Shown here: positions 58,337 through 64,000 of the stretch, piece by piece | Numbering within the stretch: the stretch's first letter is position 1 | Layout of the letters: every line of letters begins with the position of its first letter | DNA from: Spirochaetia bacterium | Lineage (GTDB): Bacteria; Spirochaetota; Spirochaetia; CADAEX01 | DNA length: 64,000 bases | Assembly: GCA_963662795.1 (NCBI GenBank) | Contig: OY759746.1 | Span: forward strand, 3,712,001-3,776,000 | Direction: 5' to 3' | Notes under the pieces: generated by a model | The model's database searches: none | Seen by the model: only the letters and a program-made list of their open reading frames with translations | Told to the model about the DNA's origin: nothing | Translations under genes and position numbers: made by a program

Positions 58337-59080
58337 TTATCCTGAAGATGAATCAGGATCACTGTCGAGAATTCCCCTGAGAAGCCTTAAGTCGTCCCAC
58401 ACCGGTCTTCTGTATTTTTCCCTGTCACGGAGAACTGCACTTGGATGATATGTTACAACGACAGGTATACCGCTGTAGCTGTAGACTTTGCCCCGGAGCC
58501 TTCCGATTCCTTCTTCCACGCCTGTTATTGACCTGCTTGATATGCGTCCCAGAGTAAGAATAGCTCTGGGCCTGAGTATTTTTATCTGCCTTTCGAGATA
58601 ACTTCTGCATGAGAATATTTCATCAGGCAGGGGGTCCCTGTTTCCCGGGGGCCTGCATTTTACTACATTTCCGATAAAGCAGTCTGATTTCCTGTCAAGC
58701 GCTATCGCTTCAAGCCACTTGTCAAGATACTTTCCTGCAGCGCCCACAAACGGAATCCCTGTCGCATCCTCTTCTGCACCCGGCCCTTCCCCTATAATCA
58801 TTACATCTGGATTAATGGAACCTGCACCCGGGACAGTATTTCTTCTTTCCCTGCAAAGAATACACTTCCTGCAAAGGGAGACTTCAGACGCGATATTTTC
58901 AAGCGTGTCACACTCCGGTGAAGATAAAGAGCCGGCAGTACATGGTTCTGTTCCGGGTCCATCAGCTGAAGCAGAAGGGACATAATCCTCTCTTCCAGGT
59001 CTCCTGAAGCCGTATTTATAGCAGTCTTCAAAATCGCTTAATGTATTCCACAAATCAGATATAATTTTTTTCACAGGCAT
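58337..59080 (-). CDS. family-4 uracil-DNA glycosylase (4Fe-4S)
   Basis: CRKCILC, IGEGPG.EED.TG.PFVG, NVVKCRPP.NR.P, TYHPS. Confidence 0.93.
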   Translation of the reverse strand: MPVKKIISDLWNTLSDFEDCYKYGFRRPGREDYVPSASADGPGTEPCTAGSLSSPECDTLENIASEVSLCRKCILCRERRNTVPGAGSINPDVMIIGEGPGAEEDATGIPFVGAAGKYLDKWLEAIALDRKSDCFIGNVVKCRPPGNRDPLPDEIFSCRSYLERQIKILRPRAILTLGRISSRSITGVEEGIGRLRGKVYSYSGIPVVVTYHPSAVLRDREKYRRPVWDDLRLLRGILDSDPDSSSG

Positions 59081-59838
59081 GTGTCCCCTGTATAATGGAC
59101 TGAGTCAAGAAAAAGGCCGTAGGCCGGCGCAGTAGTACCTGCTTTTGATCTGTCTTGCGATTTCAGTATCTCCCTGAAATCCTCAGGGGTGCCGCCGCTG
59201 GTATAAAGATGAATAATTGTTCCGGTAATGGACCTTACCATTTTCCTTAAAAACCCGCTGCCTGCTATTTTATAAACAATAAACGGATATTCAGGATAAA
59301 ATACAGAGCTGAAGATTTCCCTTACCATTGAGACATGTTCCTCCATCGGGGATGAGAATGATGTAAAATCATGAATCCCTTCGATAATTGACGCATAGCT
59401 GTTAAGAGCATTTATATCAAGGGGTTTATTAACATACATTGCAATGCTCCTTTCCCACGGGGTCATGGGCATTTTATCTCCAAGATAGTATTTATACACC
59501 CTTTTGACAGCATCATATCTGGAATTGAATGAAGGAGATTCTTCCCTGCTTTCAAGTATTCGTATATCGTCCGGCAGAAGACTGTTAAGCGCAAGTGAAA
59601 ATTTCCCGGAAGGAATGGAATCAAGCTGTGTCCTGAAATTTGCCACCTGTGCCCTTGCGTGAACACCGGAATCCGTTCTTCCTGCCCCGGTTATCTTTAT
59701 ATCGCTCTTATGGATAATGGAAAGGGCTTTTTCTATCTCTCCCTGTACCGTCTTATCGTTTTTCTGTATCTGCCAGCCGGCGTAATTTTTGCCATAATAG
59801 GCTATAGTGAGTTTTATATTGCGGAAAACATCAGTCAT
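59071..59838 (-). CDS. truA: tRNA pseudouridine(38-40) synthase
   Basis: GWQ.Q...TVQ, GRTDSGVHA, G.HDF.SF, FLRKMVR, TAP..GLFL. Confidence 0.96.
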   Translation of the reverse strand: MTDVFRNIKLTIAYYGKNYAGWQIQKNDKTVQGEIEKALSIIHKSDIKITGAGRTDSGVHARAQVANFRTQLDSIPSGKFSLALNSLLPDDIRILESREESPSFNSRYDAVKRVYKYYLGDKMPMTPWERSIAMYVNKPLDINALNSYASIIEGIHDFTSFSSPMEEHVSMVREIFSSVFYPEYPFIVYKIAGSGFLRKMVRSITGTIIHLYTSGGTPEDFREILKSQDRSKAGTTAPAYGLFLDSVHYTGDTCL

Positions 59839-60685
59839 CAGTTTCTTTAAGTTCAACCTTTATTTTTTCATAAAGCGATTTCGCGTTATCGAGAATTGCG
59901 GCAGGCTTGTTTTTTGATGCTTTGCCCATTCCGAAAATCCTTGCAACTATCCTTTTTGCGTCGGCCAGCGATGCATTGCGCTTTATTTCATCATCTTTGG
60001 GAGCAAATTTATGCTGCAGATATGCTCCCATATAAAGAACGCCGTCATATCCGTAATTCTTGTCAAGATCGGGGCCCAGTGTCCTTGCTCCCCCTATCCC
60101 TTCAGACCCGTCCTGTTCGCCCTGTATGGCTTTGATATAATAAAACCTGGCCTTTCTGTAAAAAACTGTAGCAAGGTAATCATAATTTTCATCAGGATAT
60201 TTGGCATGGAGATCATTGCAGATCCACGCGGCACGCAGGCTGTAGATTCCCCCTTTGATGGACGGGCTCATATCCCTGGGGAATACTTCAAGGGCGCTTA
60301 AGGCCAGATAATATGAACAGACCCCTTCTATCAGGGTCCTTGGAGATTTAAAATCAACCTGGGGAAATACTTCACCGAGAGAGATCAGTCTTTCTTCTGC
60401 TTTGGATTTAAGAAGTTTTGCATGCTGTTCCTTTATTTCGGTAAAATCACCCGGAGAAGAGGCAAATAAACAGGCCGGGCACACAACAATATAATAAATA
60501 AGGGGATTTACCTCTCCGTACTTCTTGGAAGGGATGTAAAGACGCCTCAGCTCTTCTGTTAGCTCTCCGGCATTCAGCCTGCCGCTTCCTGTCATCATCT
60601 CTTCTTTATTGAATTTTTCACCGCAGACCGGACAGATAGTCTCAGTTTTGGCGAAAAATGTTACAGTCTGCCTGTTTTCGCTCAT
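59831..60685 (-). CDS. DUF2225 family Zn-ribbon/helical protein
   Basis: CPVC...F..E, VCPAC, LRAAW, GPDLDKNYG.DG; lies between acpS and truA. Confidence 0.8.
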   Translation of the reverse strand: MSENRQTVTFFAKTETICPVCGEKFNKEEMMTGSGRLNAGELTEELRRLYIPSKKYGEVNPLIYYIVVCPACLFASSPGDFTEIKEQHAKLLKSKAEERLISLGEVFPQVDFKSPRTLIEGVCSYYLALSALEVFPRDMSPSIKGGIYSLRAAWICNDLHAKYPDENYDYLATVFYRKARFYYIKAIQGEQDGSEGIGGARTLGPDLDKNYGYDGVLYMGAYLQHKFAPKDDEIKRNASLADAKRIVARIFGMGKASKNKPAAILDNAKSLYEKIKVELKETDD

Positions 60686-60687
60686 AA

Positions 60688-61059
60688 TCAGCTCTCAATA
60701 ACAACAACAGCAACCGCGTTGTCTGTTTCGTGTGTAAGGGAAAGATGTATACTTCTGCCTCCCGATCTTTCATAGGCAGCTTTTGCCTTGCCGTATAAAA
60801 TAATACCCGGTTTTCCGTTTACATTGTTTTCCACCTGAATCTCCTTTAGGGAAATCCCCATCAGACCTGTTCCAAGCGCTTTCCCGAATGCTTCTTTTGC
60901 CGCGAATCTTGCCGCAAGCGCCATGGCAAAGGAAGCGCCCCTTGAATTGGCAGCTTCAATCTCTTTTTCATGGAAATACCTTTTCATCAGCAGAGGCCTT
61001 ACTATCCATCGTTTCATTCGGTCAATTCTTACTATATCTATTCCAATACCGCGGATCAT
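60688..61059 (-). CDS. acpS: holo-ACP synthase
   Basis: GIGIDIV.I.R, LAARFAAKEAF.KALGTG, GKP, LSLTH. Confidence 0.97.
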   Translation of the reverse strand: MIRGIGIDIVRIDRMKRWIVRPLLMKRYFHEKEIEAANSRGASFAMALAARFAAKEAFGKALGTGLMGISLKEIQVENNVNGKPGIILYGKAKAAYERSGGRSIHLSLTHETDNAVAVVVIES

Positions 61060-62018
61060 TGATATCTCCTGTTTCTTGTGACATAAACTCTCATGGTCTC
61101 CGGCGCCAGCCCGAGTACATTAACCTCTCCGTCAACTTCACCGATAGAAGCTGTTACCGGCAGATTATATACTCCCGGAATTGTAACATTCTTCATATCA
61201 ATGTTAAGGGAGCAGTTTTCCCGGTCAAGAGATTCCACTATTCCCCGTTCAGCTTCTATCTTAATACTTCCGCTGTGAAATTCAAGTTCATATATCATAC
61301 TAATATCATTGTTTATTATTTCAATCTCAACCGGGGCGATATTTTTAATAATCAGGGCTTTCTCTATTTTTCCGCGGAATTGTACTTCATTTCCTCCGAT
61401 AAATTTTATCAGATTCTCATTAAGATCAATTCGGACAGGCAGCATAAAGCTTTCCTTCCTTCCATCCATGCTTATGCTTTCTGTTTTAAGTATTGTAACC
61501 TTCTCCATGAGACTTGCAGGACCTTCTACCGATATATTGTCCGGAGTTACTGTATAGCTTACAAGTTCATAGTTTTCCGCCGGGAACCCTTTGATGACAG
61601 GGATTACATCAAGATTTTTAACAATTTTTTCTTCGATTTTCAGATATATTTCCCCCGGTTCAACCCTTATTTCAAGGGGATCTGCATAGAGAGCGTTTCC
61701 GCTTTTTTTTATTTTGACAGGTTCCCGGTAAACGCCGCTTTTTTCCCAGGGAGAAAAATCCACCTCGGCGGAAATATCTTTTTCACTAATCAGGGATATA
61801 CTGTCTTCGCTTCCCCTTAGAGAAACCCTCACTTCAGTAGGATGAAGTTCCGCAGCTATAAAACCGCTGTTAAGGACAACATTCAGGGGAATATTTATAT
61901 AACGGATTTCCGTAGTATTGATTTTGTAAAAATAGAAAAGCAGAACTGCGAGGGCAATTGACATGATCTTGGCAGGCCAGTTGCGGATAAGTATCTCAAA
62001 TGCTTTCTTAATCTTCAA
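61056..62018 (-). CDS. cdaR: CdaR/YbbR-domain regulator of diadenylate cyclase
   Basis: NWPAKIMS..LAV.L TM; YbbR repeats (V.VSLRG, G.PA..Y, V.P..ISVEGP). Confidence 0.9.
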   Translation of the reverse strand: MKIKKAFEILIRNWPAKIMSIALAVLLFYFYKINTTEIRYINIPLNVVLNSGFIAAELHPTEVRVSLRGSEDSISLISEKDISAEVDFSPWEKSGVYREPVKIKKSGNALYADPLEIRVEPGEIYLKIEEKIVKNLDVIPVIKGFPAENYELVSYTVTPDNISVEGPASLMEKVTILKTESISMDGRKESFMLPVRIDLNENLIKFIGGNEVQFRGKIEKALIIKNIAPVEIEIINNDISMIYELEFHSGSIKIEAERGIVESLDRENCSLNIDMKNVTIPGVYNLPVTASIGEVDGEVNVLGLAPETMRVYVTRNRRYQ

Positions 62019-62814
62019 TTTCTACCCCTTCTTTATCCCGCTCTTCCTTGTCTTTAATGCTGAGCAGGTTCCTGAGTGTCCGTGTAAGATCTTCTTTTTC
62101 AAGGTCATAATAAAGACTTCCATCGCTTGCTACCGATATAGCGCCGGTTTCTTCAGATACTACAAGTATCACTGAATCTGTTGTTTCCGACAGCCCTATC
62201 GCAGCCCTGTGGCGTGTGCCGAAACTTCTCTTTATGTCAAGCTGTTCAGAAAGAGGAAGGAAACAGCCTGCGGCAGTGATTCTGCTTCCCTGTATAATTA
62301 CCGCTCCGTCATGCAGAGGCGTATCTTTTCCAAAAATAGTCAATATGAGATTAGATGAAATATCAGCATTAAGCCTTGTTCCTGATTCAATAATATTCTT
62401 GAGCCCGATTTCTCCGACAAAAACAATCAGACAACCTCTTCTCATTGTTGAAAGTATTTCAGCTGCATTGAGAATTGTATCAATTTCATAAGGCCTTGAT
62501 GCTGCTGAAAACCTCAGAAACCTTCCCTGTCCGAACCTTGTGAAAAGGTTTCTTATCTCAGGCTGAAACACAATGGCAATAATTATGACAAGCACTGTAC
62601 CCAGTTTGTTCATTACCCATAGCAGTGTTTCAAGTTTCATGAAGTATGCCATAGCGTAAAGCATTGCAACCAGCACACTTCCCTTAATCAGCTGTATTGC
62701 CTTTGTATGAAGCAGGATCTTGTATACCTGATAAATCAGAAAAGCAATTATTGCTATATCAACAAAAGGCCTTATAAATGATAAAAATTTTTCAAACCCG
62801 GTTAAAAATTCCAA
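62008..62814 (-). CDS. cdaA: diadenylate cyclase
   Basis: 3 TM; IVFQPEIR, TPLHDGAVII, GTRHRAA.GLSE, VVSEETG. Confidence 0.96.
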   Translation of the reverse strand: MEFLTGFEKFLSFIRPFVDIAIIAFLIYQVYKILLHTKAIQLIKGSVLVAMLYAMAYFMKLETLLWVMNKLGTVLVIIIAIVFQPEIRNLFTRFGQGRFLRFSAASRPYEIDTILNAAEILSTMRRGCLIVFVGEIGLKNIIESGTRLNADISSNLILTIFGKDTPLHDGAVIIQGSRITAAGCFLPLSEQLDIKRSFGTRHRAAIGLSETTDSVILVVSEETGAISVASDGSLYYDLEKEDLTRTLRNLLSIKDKEERDKEGVEIED

Positions 62815-62819
62815 ATCGT

Positions 62820-63671
62820 TTAACTCTCCCCGCAGATACCGGAACCCCAGGCCCCGGATGCCATTAAAATCTTTATCGTATCAAGTGTTTGCCCGACATC
62901 GTGAACCCTTAAGATATCAGCTCCGTTTAAAAGAGCAATAAGCCCTGCGGCAAGGCTGCCGGCGAGCCTCTCTTCCTGGTTTTTACCGGTAATTGATCCT
63001 ATGAAAGATTTTCTTGAGTGCCCTACCAATACAGGAAACCCTGTTTTCCTGAAAAAAGCAATATTTTTTATTATTTCAATGTTATCTTCTGTCCTTTTGC
63101 CGAAACCGATACCGGGATCAATCACTATATTATCCTTTTCAATCCCGCTTTCAAGCGCAAAGTTTATCCTCTTCTCAAGTTCTTCAAGGATCTCAGCTGC
63201 CGCATCGGTATAATAAGGATTATCCTGCATATCCTGAGGGGTCCCTCTCTTATGCATCAGGATTATGGTGCACTTTGCATCTCTCACAACTGCGGCAAGT
63301 GCCGGATCATCTTTCAATGCTGAAACATCATTAATTATTGCGGCACCCGAATCTATCGCAGCCGCTGCTACCCTGCTTTTCCTTGTATCAACTGAAACCG
63401 GGATTGAAAATTCCGAAACAATTTTCCTTACAACCGGGATCACCCTCTTTATTTCCTCTTCTTCATCCACATAGCCGGACCCGGGCCGGGTCGACTCTCC
63501 GCCGATATCGATTATATCTGCCCCTTCTGAAATCATCATCCTGACAGTTTCGATTGCTTCATTTAAACTATATTTCCGGCTATTAACGAAAAAGGAATCA
63601 GGGGTGCAGTTGATTATTCCCATTATCAATGGTCTTTTAACGCGGTTAATCAGTTCCTTGATATTATGCAT
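62820..63671 (-). CDS. folP: dihydropteroate synthase
   Basis: MGIIN.TPDSF, DIGGESTRPG, SVDT, INDVS, DPGIGFGK, SRKS, RVHDV. Confidence 0.97.
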   Translation of the reverse strand: MHNIKELINRVKRPLIMGIINCTPDSFFVNSRKYSLNEAIETVRMMISEGADIIDIGGESTRPGSGYVDEEEEIKRVIPVVRKIVSEFSIPVSVDTRKSRVAAAAIDSGAAIINDVSALKDDPALAAVVRDAKCTIILMHKRGTPQDMQDNPYYTDAAAEILEELEKRINFALESGIEKDNIVIDPGIGFGKRTEDNIEIIKNIAFFRKTGFPVLVGHSRKSFIGSITGKNQEERLAGSLAAGLIALLNGADILRVHDVGQTLDTIKILMASGAWGSGICGES

Positions 63672-63680
63672 CTTCTGAAA

Positions 63681-63709
63681 ATTATAAATATAAAATTACT
63701 ATATCTCAA
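63681..63709 (-). promoter_or_regulatory. sigma70-like promoter of the folP-cdaA operon
   Basis: Minus strand TTGAGA-17 nt-TATAAT, 9 nt before ATG. Confidence 0.6.
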
Positions 63710-63792
63710 TACCTGATTTTCAATTTCAATATTGAGATTATTGTGGATTAATTACCTTTTTTCGTGATATAAAGGATCAGAGGTGTTTACTC

Positions 63793-64000
63793 ATGTCGCT
63801 CAGCAAAATGCGGAATATTGGAATTATGGCACACATTGATGCCGGAAAAACGACTACTACAGAAAGAATTCTTTATTATACAGGTAAAAGCCACAGAATC
63901 GGTGAGGTTGATGACGGGGATGCTACCATGGACTGGATGGAACAGGAACAGAACAGGGGCATTACAATTACAGCAGCCGCTACAACCTGTTTCTGGAAAG
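63793..64000 (+). CDS. fusA: elongation factor G, 5' part (runs off window)
   Basis: GAGGTG SD; [31 protein letters not shown]...[29 protein letters not shown]. Confidence 0.95.
   Translation, partial: MSLSKMRNIGIMAHIDAGKTTTTERILYYTGKSHRIGEVDDGDATMDWMEQEQNRGITITAAATTCFWK

Noticed and set aside
59790-59802. TruA motif YDG appears as YYG
   Set aside because: Single substitution; the catalytic RTD and the other motifs are intact, so it may be a tolerated variant or a sequencing error.
60888-61820. 310-aa plus-strand ORF
   Set aside because: Antisense shadow of cdaR/acpS with no motif and unnatural composition.
1-64000. CRISPR array, rRNA, selenocysteine or programmed frameshift signals, defence systems
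   Set aside because: No regularly spaced direct repeats, rRNA-like tract, in-frame TGA at a catalytic Cys, split intact gene or defence-type domain was seen.

Overview
Chromosomal window of a spirochaete, most likely a free-living Spirochaetales member. This is inferred from the spiro-SPASM gene, short AlaRS, fliG1 paralog, kinase-less PASTA-fmt-def block and cdaA-cdaR-acpS-DUF2225-truA-udg-priA synteny. Positions 1-17 kb and 53.7-64 kb are mostly core genes. 17-35 kb holds lipoproteins, an otnC/otnK-type acid-sugar pair, a CysRS paralog with a rewired active site and no anticodon-binding domain, and a TRAP-kduID-kdgK-eda uronate locus with two IclR regulators. About 35.3-53.5 kb is an AT-richer accessory block ending at the 3' end of tRNA-Gly(CCC), with decayed ISL3 and IS256 remnants. 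Its core (40.6-52.9 kb) is the best candidate for an undescribed system. It is a co-oriented catabolic cluster of two tandem LysRs, a fused Fe-S serine-dehydratase-like enzyme (SSSH->SSSN), a GlpA-like three-gene oxidoreductase lacking the family His motif, an OCD/SbnB-like enzyme, a Cys-pair racemase and a TAXI-TRAP importer. No CRISPR array or rRNA gene was seen. All product calls come from motif recognition by eye; no database searches were run.
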